A stretch of 57,509 nucleotides of DNA, taken from contig DASTDJ010000196.1 in NCBI GenBank assembly GCA_035710425.1, positions 1 through 57,509 of the forward strand. The letters are read 5' to 3'. The stretch comes from Nocardioides sp. (GTDB lineage Bacteria; Actinomycetota; Actinomycetes; Propionibacteriales; Nocardioidaceae). The notes below the pieces were generated by a model that ran no database searches, had not been told where the DNA came from, and saw only the letters and a program-made list of their open reading frames with translations. This document shows, in pieces, positions 9,720-19,397 of this stretch. Position numbers and translations under genes: made by a program. How positions within the stretch are numbered: the first letter of the stretch is position 1; every line of letters starts with the position of its first letter.

Positions 9720-11105
9720 GTGACCGACCTCCCCCTCGGCGTGGCCGAGATCGTGAAGAAGACGCACGCCGGCCGCCTGAAGGCGGTGCCCGCGGTCGAG
9801 GAGGCCCTGGCCCGGATAGCGGAGCGCGACCCCGACCTCAACGCCTTCTCCGTCCTCCGGCGCGAGGCGGCGCTGGCCGACGCGGCCGCCGTTGACAAGG
9901 TCAGGAAGGCCGATCGTGGCCCGCTCCACGGCGTCCCCATCGCGATCAAGGAGGAGCTCGACGTCGAGGGGTGCGTGACCACCTTCGGCGGCGAGGCCAA
10001 CACGACGCCGGCCGCAGCGGACGGCGAGGTGGTGCGCCGCCTGCGGGATGCGGGGGCGGTGGTCGTCGGCAAGACGACGATGCCGGAGTTCGGCGCGTTC
10101 CCCTACACCGAGTCGGCGTCGCGTGGGCTGACCCGCAACCCCTGGGACCGCACCCGCTCTCCCGGCGGCTCCAGCGGTGGTACGGCGGCGGCGGTCGCCG
10201 CCGGGATGGTGCCGGTCGGCATGGGTGGCGACGGTGGCGGGTCGATCCGGATCCCCGCTGCCTGCTGCGGACTGTTCGGTCTCAAGCCCCAGCGCGGGCG
10301 GGTCACCACCGCACCCCATGACCACCTCTGGTGGGCGCTCGGCACGGTGGGTCCGCTCACCCGGAGCGTGCTCGACTCCGCGATGGTCTACGACGTGATC
10401 CGCGGCAACCTCGGCACCGACCGCTATCGGGCAGGTCGGTCGGAGTCGTTCGTCGAGGCGGCCACGACGGAGCCGGGCCGGCTGCGGATCGGCTGGTCCA
10501 CCAGGCCGGTCACCCACGGCATCCGACCGGACCCGATCCACGTGCGCGCGGTCGAGGACACCGCCCGTCTGCTCGGCGACCTCGGGCACGACGTACGCGA
10601 GATCGACCCGCGCTACCCCGACCCCACCGCCGCGTTCGTGCCGCAGTTCTTCGCGGGCATCCGCGCCGAGGCCGACGAGGTCGAGCACTACGACCGGCTC
10701 GAGCGGCGTACCCGCGAGACCTACCGGCTCGGGTCGTGGGTGACTTCCCGCGTGCTGAGAGCCGCGCTGCGCTCGACCGAGCGGGTGTCGGCCAAGGCCA
10801 ACCGGGTGTTCGACGACGTCGACGTGCTGCTCACGCCGGCGATCGCCCACCGCCCGCCACGGGCCGGCATCCTCGACGGCCGCGGCACCGTGGCCTCGGC
10901 CCTGCTCGCGATGCCCGCGATCGCCTACGCCGCGCTGTGGAACGTCGCCGGCAACCCCGCCGCGGCGGTGCCGTGCGGGACGGCCGAGGACGGGCTCCCG
11001 GTCGGCGTGCAGCTGGTCGGCCGCTCCGACGATGAGACCACGCTGCTCAGCCTCGCCGCCCAGATCGAGAAGTCCCGGCCCTGGCCGAAGGTTGCTGAGG
11101 TCTAG
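9720..11105 (+). CDS. Amidase-signature family enzyme
   Basis: [26 protein letters not shown]. Confidence 0.92.
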   Translation: MTDLPLGVAEIVKKTHAGRLKAVPAVEEALARIAERDPDLNAFSVLRREAALADAAAVDKVRKADRGPLHGVPIAIKEELDVEGCVTTFGGEANTTPAAADGEVVRRLRDAGAVVVGKTTMPEFGAFPYTESASRGLTRNPWDRTRSPGGSSGGTAAAVAAGMVPVGMGGDGGGSIRIPAACCGLFGLKPQRGRVTTAPHDHLWWALGTVGPLTRSVLDSAMVYDVIRGNLGTDRYRAGRSESFVEAATTEPGRLRIGWSTRPVTHGIRPDPIHVRAVEDTARLLGDLGHDVREIDPRYPDPTAAFVPQFFAGIRAEADEVEHYDRLERRTRETYRLGSWVTSRVLRAALRSTERVSAKANRVFDDVDVLLTPAIAHRPPRAGILDGRGTVASALLAMPAIAYAALWNVAGNPAAAVPCGTAEDGLPVGVQLVGRSDDETTLLSLAAQIEKSRPWPKVAEV

Positions 11106-11153
11106 CCAAAAGTCATAAGCGCCCTCTTGGCATTGTGTGATCTGCTCTCCGTC

Positions 11154-12053
11154 GTGCCTGCGATCGAAGCCGTCGACCTGGTCAAGACCTACGACGACCT
11201 CAGGGCCGTCGACGGGGTGAGTCTCGAGGTCGCCGAGGGCGAGTTCGTCGGCATCCTCGGACCCAACGGCGCCGGCAAGACCACGCTGCTGGAGGTGCTC
11301 GAGGGACTGCGTCGCCCCGATTCCGGGACCGCCCGCGTGCTGGGCGAGGAGGTGTGGCCGCGCAACCCCGGGCTGCTGCCCCGGATCGGCGTACAGCTGC
11401 AGGCCTCGTCGTTCTTCGAGCGGCTCACCACCCGCGAGCAGATCCGCACCTTCGCGGCGTTGTACGCCGTGCCCGTCGCCACCGCGGACGAGTGGCTGGA
11501 GCGGGTCGGGCTGGTCGACAAGGCCGACACCCGGGTCGAGGACCTGTCCGGCGGGCAGGCGCAGCGGCTCTCGATCGCGTGCGCGCTGGTGCACGACCCC
11601 GAGGTGCTGTTCCTCGACGAGCCGACCGCGGCCCTCGACCCGCAGGCCCGGCGCAACCTCTGGGACCTGCTCTCGGGGCTCAACGACTCCGGCCGCACCG
11701 TGGTGCTGACGACGCACTACATGGACGAGGCCGAGGTGCTCTGTGACCGGGTCGCGATCATGGACCACGGCCGGATCCTCGAGGTCGGCACCCCGGCGGC
11801 ACTGGTGCGTGGCCTCGACGCCCCCGCCCGGATCACTGTCGCGCCCGGCACGCTCGGCATCGACGACGCCCGCGAGATCGTCGGCGTCGACGAGGCGAAC
11901 GAGTCCGTCGACGGCGTCGTCCTCACCACGCGGGCCCCCGCCAAGGTGGTCGCCCGGCTGGCCGAGCAGGACCAGCTCGACGGCGTCCGCGTGGCCACCG
12001 GCACGCTCGAGGACGTCTTCCTCGCCCTCACCGGCCGGGAGTACCGCGCATGA
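11154..12053 (+). CDS. ABC-2 exporter ATP-binding protein
   Basis: GPNGAGKT, LSGGQ, LFLDEPT, TTH. Start placed at GTG 11154 (uncertain). Confidence 0.9.
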   Translation: MPAIEAVDLVKTYDDLRAVDGVSLEVAEGEFVGILGPNGAGKTTLLEVLEGLRRPDSGTARVLGEEVWPRNPGLLPRIGVQLQASSFFERLTTREQIRTFAALYAVPVATADEWLERVGLVDKADTRVEDLSGGQAQRLSIACALVHDPEVLFLDEPTAALDPQARRNLWDLLSGLNDSGRTVVLTTHYMDEAEVLCDRVAIMDHGRILEVGTPAALVRGLDAPARITVAPGTLGIDDAREIVGVDEANESVDGVVLTTRAPAKVVARLAEQDQLDGVRVATGTLEDVFLALTGREYRA

Positions 12054-13111
12054 CCACCTACTGGGCGCTGAGTGCCGCGATCATGCGCGGCTTCCTCCGC
12101 GACAAGGCCGCCGTGTTCTTCGCGATCGTCTTCCCGCTGATGTTCCTGGTGTTGTTCGGCGGGATCTTCTCCGACCAGGACCAGTCCAAGGTCGACCTGA
12201 TCGAGGTCGGGGACGTCGCCCTCGTCCAGGGCTTGCCCGAGCCGGCGAAGGAGGCCTTCGACGAGACCTTCGAGGTGAGTCACTCCGACGACCTCGACGC
12301 TGCTCTCGACGAGGTGCGCAAGGGCGACGCCGACGTCGCCGTCGAGCAGCGCGGCGACACGCTGATCGCGCACTACACCCAGACCGAGCAGGTGAAGGCG
12401 GCGATCACGCAGGGCACCCTGCGCGCGTTCGTCGACGGCTCCAACGTCGCCGCCAGCGGCCAGCCTCCCAAGTACGACTTCAAGGCCGAGCGGGTCGAGG
12501 ACGACTCGCTGTCGACGATCCAGTTCTTCACACCGGGCCTGCTCGGCTGGGCGATCGCGATGAGCGCCAGCTTCGGTGCCGCGGCGACCCTGCAGGGCTG
12601 GCGGCAGTCCAAGCTGCTGCGCAGGCTCCAGCTCTCGCCTGCGTCCACCCGCACCATCGTAGGCGCGCGGGTGTCGGTCACGGTGGCGATCGCGCTGGGC
12701 CAGATGGCGATCTTCCTCGGCCTCGGGGCCGTGGCGTTCGGGCTCACCCTGACCGGGTCGTGGTGGATGGCGGTCCCGCTGGTGGTGGTGGGCACCCTCT
12801 GCTTCATGGCCATCGGCCTGCTCGCCGGCTCGATCGCCAAGACCGCCGAGGGGGCGGTCAACATGGCCAACTTCTTCGTGCTGCCGATGGCGTTCCTGAG
12901 CGGCTCGTTCTTCCCTCTCGACTCCGCGCCATCGTGGCTGCAGAACGTGTCGACCGTGCTCCCGCTCAAGCACCTCAACGAGGGGATGCTCGACGTCATG
13001 GTGCGCGGCGAACCACCCTCCGCCGCGCTCGTGCCGATCGCCATCCTGGCCGGCTTCGCACTGGTCGTGACGCTGCTCGCCGCCAGGCTGTTCCGGTGGG
13101 AGACGACCTAG
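12050..13111 (+). CDS. ABC-2 type permease
   Basis: ATGA overlap with the ATPase; 6 hydrophobic segments; FLSGSFFP motif. Confidence 0.88.
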   Translation: MTTYWALSAAIMRGFLRDKAAVFFAIVFPLMFLVLFGGIFSDQDQSKVDLIEVGDVALVQGLPEPAKEAFDETFEVSHSDDLDAALDEVRKGDADVAVEQRGDTLIAHYTQTEQVKAAITQGTLRAFVDGSNVAASGQPPKYDFKAERVEDDSLSTIQFFTPGLLGWAIAMSASFGAAATLQGWRQSKLLRRLQLSPASTRTIVGARVSVTVAIALGQMAIFLGLGAVAFGLTLTGSWWMAVPLVVVGTLCFMAIGLLAGSIAKTAEGAVNMANFFVLPMAFLSGSFFPLDSAPSWLQNVSTVLPLKHLNEGMLDVMVRGEPPSAALVPIAILAGFALVVTLLAARLFRWETT

Positions 13112-13178
13112 GCGCCCGTGACTTGGCCCCGGGCGCCCCGCGTGCGACCCTCGGAGCAGAGCCACGACCCTGTGGCTT

Positions 13179-13220
13179 CCGGACGAGGGGTGTCGTACCC
13201 GGTCGACGACAAGACGGCGC
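13179..13220 (+). ncRNA. Guanidine-III (ykkC-III) riboswitch
   Basis: CCGGACGAGG-GGTGTCGT-ACCCGG-TCGACGACAAG-ACGGCGC. P1 CCGG/CCGG and pseudoknot GTGTCGT/ACGGCGC, immediately before the GGAGG RBS of an SMR gene. Confidence 0.9.
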
Positions 13221-13235
13221 TGTTCGGAGGCTGTC

Positions 13236-13553
13236 ATGTCGTGGCTCGTGCTCGTTCTCTCCGGTGTCCTGGAGGCCGTGTGGGCGACCGCCCTCGGCCG
13301 CTCCGAGGGGCTCAGCCGCCCGGTGCCGGCGGCGGTGTTCTTCGTCGCGCTGTCCCTGAGCATGGGCGGCCTCGGCTACGCGATGCGCGACCTCCCGATC
13401 GGCACGGCGTACGCCGTGTGGGTCGGCGTCGGCGCGGTGCTCACCGTGGTCTGGGCGATGGCGACCGGCGGTGAGCCGGTCTCGGCGGTGCGGTTGGCGC
13501 TGCTCGCCGGCATCGTCGGCTGCGTGATCGGGCTGAAGGTCGTCCACAGCTAG
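13236..13553 (+). CDS. gdx: SMR family guanidinium exporter (Gdx/SugE)
   Basis: 105 aa, 4 TM, E13 in GVLEAVWA, LPIGTAYAVWVG; lies behind the riboswitch. Confidence 0.88.
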   Translation: MSWLVLVLSGVLEAVWATALGRSEGLSRPVPAAVFFVALSLSMGGLGYAMRDLPIGTAYAVWVGVGAVLTVVWAMATGGEPVSAVRLALLAGIVGCVIGLKVVHS

Positions 13554-13593
13554 TGCCGCGACCCTAGGCTCTCCTCGACCTGTGGAGGCCACC

Positions 13594-13777
13594 ATGGACG
13601 AGACGCTGACCCTGGCGTTCGTCGTCGACCATCCGGACGCAAGTCGGTCCGGACTCAGGCAGGGCCGACCCCGTGCGGGCGACGTTCGCGACCTCGACCG
13701 TCGGAGACGCGGTGGTCTCCACTGTCGTGGGGATGCCGACGCTCTTCGAGGCCCTGCGCACCGCCCCTGCCGGATGA
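13594..13777 (+). pseudogene. Possible frameshifted gene remnant
   Basis: GGAGG-ATG start (MDETLTLAFVVDH). Codon-like signal continues in the +1 frame (ADPVRATFATSTVGDAVV...) to TGA 13777. Confidence 0.3.
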
Positions 13778-13873
13778 CGCGGCTGAACCGGAGGTCGCCG
13801 GGATCGGTCACTTACCTCCCGTGGAGCCATGTCTGTCACTAGGCTCGTCCCGATCCAGCGAGAGGGGTGGCCC

Positions 13874-15844
13874 GTGCACGCGGTCGAGATCAGCACGATC
13901 CTGGTCGAGCTGGCAGTCATCATCGTCCTGGCCCGCACCATGGGCTGGCTGTTCACCAAGGTGGGCCAACCCGCGGTGGTCGGTGAGATCACCGCCGGCA
14001 TCCTGCTGGGTCCCAGCATCCTCGGCATGGAGCTCAGCAACGAGCTCTTCCCGATCGACACGCGCCCGTACCTCGGGGTGCTGGCCAGCCTCGGTCTGGT
14101 GCTCTTCATGTTCGTGGTCGGCCTCGAGCTGGACACGTCGCTGATCAAGGGCAACGGACGGGTCGCCGGATCCGTCTCGATCGCCTCGATCCTGCTGCCG
14201 TTCACCCTCGGCTTCGGGCTCTCCGCGATCCTCCAGGACGAGCACCAGCAGGGTGACGACTTCTTACCGTTCGCGCTGTTCATAGGCGCAGCCATGTCCG
14301 TGACAGCCTTCCCGGTGCTGGCGAGGATCCTCACCGACCGCAAGATGCATCGCACCGAGACCGGCGGCATCGCCCTGGCGTGCGCCGCGACCGACGACAT
14401 CCTGGCCTGGACCCTGCTCGCCGTGGTGATCGCGATCGGCGGCGGTCAGGGCGAGGAGAACCAGTGGCTGGTCTTCCTCGCCGTCCCCTTCGCGCTGGTC
14501 GCGCTGCTGGTGATCCGGCCCCAGCTCACCCGCCTCACCACGGCGTACGAGAAGGCGGGCCGGTTGACCCCGGGCATCATGAGCGTGGTCCTCGTCGGGC
14601 TGCTGCTGTTCGCCGCGGTGACCGAGCTGCTCCACGTCCACTACATCTTCGGCGCGTTCCTGTTCGGGGCGATTCTCCCCCACGAGGGTGCGGCGGCGAT
14701 GCGCCACGAGATCCTGATCCGGCTCGAGCAGATCTCGGTCCTGCTCCTGCTCCCGGTCTTCTTCCTGCTGTCCGGCCTCAACGTCAACCTCCGGGGGTTG
14801 TCGGGCGAGAACCTCGTGCAGCTGGCGATGATCCTGGCGGTGGCGATCGGTGGAAAGTACATCGGTGCCTACCTGGGTGCCCGCTCCGCCGGCGTACCCC
14901 ACTGGCAGTCGAACTCGCTCGGCATCCTGATGAACACCCGCGGCCTGACCGAGCTGGTCATCCTCAACGTCGGTCGGGACCTGGGGCTGATCGGTGACAC
15001 GCTCTTCACGATGATGGTGGTGATGGCTCTGGTCACCACCCTGATGACCGGTCCACTGCTCACCCGCGCCTATCCGAAGCGACGGGTCGAGCGCGACATC
15101 GCCGACGCCGAACGCGCGGCGCTCGGCGACACGGCGACCACCAGAGTGCTCGTCGTGGCCAGGCCCGAGACGGACAGCTCTGCCCTGGTCGAGGTCGCGT
15201 TCGGGCTGCTGGGGGCCACGCAGCCCGCGGAGGTCGTCGTCGCCGCCCTGGAGCCGCAGAAGGAGCGGCTCGAGCTGGGCGGCGGGCTCACCGACGAGCT
15301 CGCCGAGATGGCGGAGACCATGGAGCGTCAGCAGGTGCTGGTCAAGGCCGGCGAGGACGTCGGCATCCCTGTGCGGATCATGGCCAACCCGAGCAACGAC
15401 CTGACCGGAGACCTGGTGGTGCTCGCCGGTGCGGTCGCTCCGCAGTACCTCGTCGTCTGGGCGGACGATCCCACGGCACCGGAGGTGATCGGAGCCACCG
15501 ACTCGCCGGTCGTCCAGGTCGAGCCGGGCACCGTGATCGCCGGCTCCATCGCCGTCGACTGGCGGCCGGACAACGACGGCGACGCCGCGGTCGTGGTCGC
15601 CTGCCGGCTGGCCGGACGCACCGGGGCTGCTCTGGAGCTGCGCTCCGAGTCCGACAACCGGCGCTTCCAGGGCATGCGCGAGGCGCTGGCTGCGCGCGGC
15701 GTGGATCTCTCCGAGGCCGGCGAGGGTGCGCTCGTGGTCAGCAGCGCCGACGGCCAGGGACACCTCCGGGTGCGCGCGCAGCTCGACGCCACCCCGGTCG
15801 AGTGGGCGACCGCGGACCTCGGCACCGTCACGTTGGTCGAGTAG
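13874..15844 (+). CDS. CPA2 cation:proton antiporter with C-terminal soluble domain
   Basis: GQPAVVGEI, FVVGLE, SVTAFPVLARIL, TDD, LMNTRGLTELV. Start at GTG 13874 after AGAGGGG. Confidence 0.88.
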   Translation: MHAVEISTILVELAVIIVLARTMGWLFTKVGQPAVVGEITAGILLGPSILGMELSNELFPIDTRPYLGVLASLGLVLFMFVVGLELDTSLIKGNGRVAGSVSIASILLPFTLGFGLSAILQDEHQQGDDFLPFALFIGAAMSVTAFPVLARILTDRKMHRTETGGIALACAATDDILAWTLLAVVIAIGGGQGEENQWLVFLAVPFALVALLVIRPQLTRLTTAYEKAGRLTPGIMSVVLVGLLLFAAVTELLHVHYIFGAFLFGAILPHEGAAAMRHEILIRLEQISVLLLLPVFFLLSGLNVNLRGLSGENLVQLAMILAVAIGGKYIGAYLGARSAGVPHWQSNSLGILMNTRGLTELVILNVGRDLGLIGDTLFTMMVVMALVTTLMTGPLLTRAYPKRRVERDIADAERAALGDTATTRVLVVARPETDSSALVEVAFGLLGATQPAEVVVAALEPQKERLELGGGLTDELAEMAETMERQQVLVKAGEDVGIPVRIMANPSNDLTGDLVVLAGAVAPQYLVVWADDPTAPEVIGATDSPVVQVEPGTVIAGSIAVDWRPDNDGDAAVVVACRLAGRTGAALELRSESDNRRFQGMREALAARGVDLSEAGEGALVVSSADGQGHLRVRAQLDATPVEWATADLGTVTLVE

Positions 15845-15900
15845 CCCGCCGCTCGCGACCTCGTCCCTCGCTCGCTGCACCACCGGCCGGCAGCGGCGGG
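15835..15900. repeat. REP-like / long stem-loop between convergent genes
   Basis: GGTCGAGTAG, then CCCGCCGCT (15845-15853) pairing with AGCGGCGGG (15892-15900). Interior resembles the reverse complement of the 21881 element. Confidence 0.5.
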
Positions 15901-15919
15901 TTCGTTCCTCACCCGCCGC

Positions 15920-17221
15920 CTACTGGCCGGCGTGGGTGTTGAACGCCAGAGTGCGGTGGCCGATCCGGACCCGCGTGCCCTGGGTGAGCACGTGCTCGCC
16001 GCCCGAGGGCAGCCGGTGCCAGTCAGCCGTCTTGGGCGGGTTGACGAAGGTGCCGTTGGTCGACTGGTTGTCGATCAGCACGGGGTCCCAGCCGCGTAGC
16101 TCGATCCGGGCGTGCACCCGCGAGATCTGGTTGGACTGGTCCTGGACCGGGATGCCGCGCACGGCCTCGCTGCGCACCCGCTCGTCGGACGCGGGGTCGC
16201 GCCCGAGCAGGTAGTCGGAGTCGAGCTGGAAGACCGACCCGTCGTCGAGCACGATCACACCGAGTGGCGGCCGGGTGCCGTTCACCAGCACCGGGGTCTG
16301 CTGGACCATGTTGATGCCGCACACGGCGCAGAACAGCTGGCGCGGGTCGTTGAAGTGGCGGTTCTTGCAGTAGACCCCGCGCACCTCCTCCACCTGCACG
16401 GCCGGGTCGGCGACCTGGGAGACGTCCTTGACCTCCGAGACGATCGGCAGCGGCTGCGGTGCGTCCTCCTGGACGTCGCTCAGCAGGATCGAGTCGAAGT
16501 GGCCCGTGTCGTCCTCCGGCATCGCCGGCGTGGGGCGATCGGGCACGGGTGCGGGGGCCGCGGCCACCGGCTCCGGGGCCGGCGGGGGCGGGGCAGGGGT
16601 CGGGGCCGGGGGCGGCGGAGGCGGTGGGGCAGCCTGCACGGGCTCGGCCGGCGTGGGCGGTACGGCCGCGTGCTTGGCCTCCGGCTGCGGTGGCGCTTCG
16701 ACGGCCATCACCGGTACGTCGTGCGCGTGCGCGCCGGAGATCGCGAACCCGCCGGCGGGCACCACGCCGTCGGTCAGCCGGTAGAGACCGCCGGAGACAC
16801 TTGCGGACGGGTCGACGCTGGCCTCGAGCTGGTGGATCGGCCACGGCACCAGCCGCTCCACCCACGCGAGCGAGTCGGCGCCCGAGATGCGTTCACCGTT
16901 GACCATCACCGAGGCCGTGTCGCCCTGCAGGAAGACCGCCAGGCCGGTGTCGTGCGGAGCCATCGCCACGAACGACGGGTGGTCCTCGGTCGACGTGGAG
17001 AGCTGCAGCGCGAAGCCGCGTACCAGCTGTCGACCCTGTCCTCCGTTGGCGGCGACCAGCTCGGCCTGCTCGAGGAGCGGGTGGACCCGCGCCGGGTCCT
17101 GCGAGCCGACGAGAAGGACGACGCGACCACGGCGGGCCAGCGTGCCGGCACCCGGTCCCGGGGTGAGGTCGGCACCGTCCCAGGCGTCCGCGGAGTCGAC
17201 GGGATGGATGTGCGGGTCCAT
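15920..17221 (-). CDS. Zn-ribbon + FHA domain protein, 433 aa
   Basis: ATG 17221 overlaps the upstream TGA. Pro-rich linker; CKNRH...CAVCG; FHA motifs LGR, SRVH, STNGTFVN. Confidence 0.85.
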   Translation of the reverse strand: MDPHIHPVDSADAWDGADLTPGPGAGTLARRGRVVLLVGSQDPARVHPLLEQAELVAANGGQGRQLVRGFALQLSTSTEDHPSFVAMAPHDTGLAVFLQGDTASVMVNGERISGADSLAWVERLVPWPIHQLEASVDPSASVSGGLYRLTDGVVPAGGFAISGAHAHDVPVMAVEAPPQPEAKHAAVPPTPAEPVQAAPPPPPPPAPTPAPPPPAPEPVAAAPAPVPDRPTPAMPEDDTGHFDSILLSDVQEDAPQPLPIVSEVKDVSQVADPAVQVEEVRGVYCKNRHFNDPRQLFCAVCGINMVQQTPVLVNGTRPPLGVIVLDDGSVFQLDSDYLLGRDPASDERVRSEAVRGIPVQDQSNQISRVHARIELRGWDPVLIDNQSTNGTFVNPPKTADWHRLPSGGEHVLTQGTRVRIGHRTLAFNTHAGQ

Positions 17222-17646
17222 CAGATGATCCTTCCACCGAAGAAGCGCCAACGGATGAGCGGCACCCGCATCGGCCCGTTGACCCAGAGCCAGATCACGA
17301 CCCAGATCACCATGAAGTCGATCACGAAGGTGGAGAACGGCACCTCTCCGTCGATGCCGGGGATCGCCTCGAGCTCCAGCAGCAACCAGACCAGGGCTCC
17401 CTCGTTGACGCAGGTGATGAAGCCGAACAGCGTCGGCCAGTCCTTCTCCCACCGGAACTGCTGGATCAGGTGGTAGATGATCTCCCAGATCACGCCGAGC
17501 ACGGCCACCGTGGCCAGGATGATGTACGTCGTCTTGTAGTCCGGGTCGTTCGGCAGGATCGGCGTGATCAGCAGCGTGATCAGCGCGCCCCAGGTGGCCA
17601 GCATGAAGATGCGGGTCTGGATCCGCCCGTTCAGTGTGGGGAGCAT
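17221..17646 (-). CDS. Small integral membrane hypothetical protein, 141 aa
   Basis: About 4 hydrophobic segments; GAAGG RBS; coupled to the downstream FHA gene. Confidence 0.8.
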   Translation of the reverse strand: MLPTLNGRIQTRIFMLATWGALITLLITPILPNDPDYKTTYIILATVAVLGVIWEIIYHLIQQFRWEKDWPTLFGFITCVNEGALVWLLLELEAIPGIDGEVPFSTFVIDFMVIWVVIWLWVNGPMRVPLIRWRFFGGRII

Positions 17647-17655
17647 GGTGCCTTC

Positions 17656-19239
17656 CTAGATCTGACTTCCCGCGACCCACTTGAACCAGTGGTTCGTGGA
17701 TCTGAACGGTCCGATGCGCTTGCCGAACCCATGCTTGGCCAGGTCGGCCTGGATCTCCTGAGCGGCGACCTGCAGGCCGAGGAAGGTGTCGACACCCGGG
17801 AAGTAGCCGCCCAGCGTGGTGGAGCCGGAGGCGTACATGATGCCGTCGCCCGAGCGGGTGCCGCGGAGCTCGAAGTTGCGCTCGACGTCGAGCCGGCCGA
17901 CCGGGTTGCGCCCGGCGCCGCCGTGCTCGAGCAGGTCCTTGAGCAGCCGGTGCTCGGCGATGTCGGCCTCGAGGCCGGTGCAGTCGATCACGAAGTCGAC
18001 CTCGACCGGGACGATGCCCTGCGGGGTGCGGACGTGGTTGACGATCCGATCGCCGCGCGGCTCCATCTTGTCGACGGTGCCGATCATCAGCTGGTACCAG
18101 CCCTGCTGCCGCCCGGTCTTCATCTGCTTCTGCCAGTAGCGGCGGTACGGCGTGTTGGTGCCACCCATCCGCTTGTAGAGCGCGGCCCGCTCCTCGCCCT
18201 CGAGCTTGCGCATCTGCCGCTTGAGCTGGCCGCCCCACACCGACTTCGGGTAGTTGAACCCCTGGTAGGCCCAGCCGTCGGCGCCCCGGCGCCGCATGAA
18301 CCAGCTGGGTGGGTTCTCGCCGTTGCCGTCGTTGGGGCCGTTGATGAAGGTGCGGAAGAGATGCACGATCTGGGTCTGCGCCCCGTGCAGCAGTCGGTCG
18401 TCCATCAGCCGTTGCAGCACCCGCGACGCCACGATGCCGCCGCCGCGCACCAGGACCGTGCTGGGCGTCGTCATCAGCCGCTCGTACACGTGCTCGTGCG
18501 CCTCGTAGGCGTTGACGATGTGGTGGTAGTCCTTGTTCTCCGTGCGGTAGGCCTGCAGCTCGGGGAGGAACTTCAGCCCGGGATAGCCGACGGCGACGTG
18601 CACGAAGCGGGAGCGGAACGCGACCCGCTTGGTCCCGGTGACGCCCTCGGGAGGCGTGAGGATGCTGAAGTAGCCGCCGCCGTACCGCCGGCGGATGATG
18701 CGGACCAGGCCCTTGGCCAGCATCTCGTTGTAGCGGATCCGGCTGGCCTCGCGCTCCATGCCGCGGAACGCCCGTCCGGCGTGGGGGGTGTAGTAGTCGT
18801 TGAAGATCGGCTCGGTGAACAGCTGCCACCAGATCTTGGGGTTCTTGAACCCCTCGACGAAACCGTAGGAAGGGAAGCCCCAGATGTTGTCGGGCCGCGA
18901 GGCCGAGTCGGACCGCAGCCGCTCGCCACGGGGGATCTGGGAGACCCGGGTGAGGTACTCGTAGGTCTGCCACGGATGGTCGAGCGCTGAGAGCACCCTG
19001 ATCTGCTCGGGCGGGACACCGCCGATCCGGAGGTAGTCGACCGTCACGAAGCTGCCGATGCCGCCGCCCACGGAGACGAACGGGACGTCAATGATCGGGA
19101 TCCCGGCGGCCGCGACCATCTCGTCGGTCCAGAAATCGGTGCCGAGCAGCTGCTCGTTGAGGTCACCCGCGACCGGCTGTGCCGGGAGGTAGTTCTCCGC
19201 ATCCGGCTGCGGGATGACGGTGGCGTGCATCGGATCCAT
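17656..19239 (-). CDS. FAD/NAD(P)-dependent oxidoreductase (two-Rossmann, class B monooxygenase-like), 527 aa
   Basis: VSVGGGIGS, RLRSDS, HVAVGY, VLVRGGGIVA, DFVIDCTG, YASG; GGAAGG RBS before ATG 19239. Confidence 0.7.
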   Translation of the reverse strand: MDPMHATVIPQPDAENYLPAQPVAGDLNEQLLGTDFWTDEMVAAAGIPIIDVPFVSVGGGIGSFVTVDYLRIGGVPPEQIRVLSALDHPWQTYEYLTRVSQIPRGERLRSDSASRPDNIWGFPSYGFVEGFKNPKIWWQLFTEPIFNDYYTPHAGRAFRGMEREASRIRYNEMLAKGLVRIIRRRYGGGYFSILTPPEGVTGTKRVAFRSRFVHVAVGYPGLKFLPELQAYRTENKDYHHIVNAYEAHEHVYERLMTTPSTVLVRGGGIVASRVLQRLMDDRLLHGAQTQIVHLFRTFINGPNDGNGENPPSWFMRRRGADGWAYQGFNYPKSVWGGQLKRQMRKLEGEERAALYKRMGGTNTPYRRYWQKQMKTGRQQGWYQLMIGTVDKMEPRGDRIVNHVRTPQGIVPVEVDFVIDCTGLEADIAEHRLLKDLLEHGGAGRNPVGRLDVERNFELRGTRSGDGIMYASGSTTLGGYFPGVDTFLGLQVAAQEIQADLAKHGFGKRIGPFRSTNHWFKWVAGSQI

Positions 19240-19320
19240 GGGAGCCTTCCCTTCCGTAGCCGGGCTGCCCGGCACGCTACACCGGGAACGGCCTCCCCGG
19301 CGCTCTCTTCACGAGGATGC

Positions 19321-19352
19321 TGACGGGAACCGATTCGGTTCGGTTCCCGTCA
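19321..19352. promoter_or_regulatory. Palindromic bidirectional ECF-sigma-like promoter (GGAAC-N17-CGTCA on both strands)
   Basis: TGACGGGAACCGA-N6-TCGGTTCCCGTCA, a perfect 13-bp inverted repeat between divergent genes. Confidence 0.6.
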
Positions 19353-19397
19353 TCTCGTGGCATGCTGAGCGACGTCCATCCGAGTCGAGGAGGGCCC

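Noticed and set aside
15920-18973. 1017-aa ORF as a single protein
   Set aside because: Only the part from ATG 17221 is protein-like. The upstream part overlaps two better genes in other frames.
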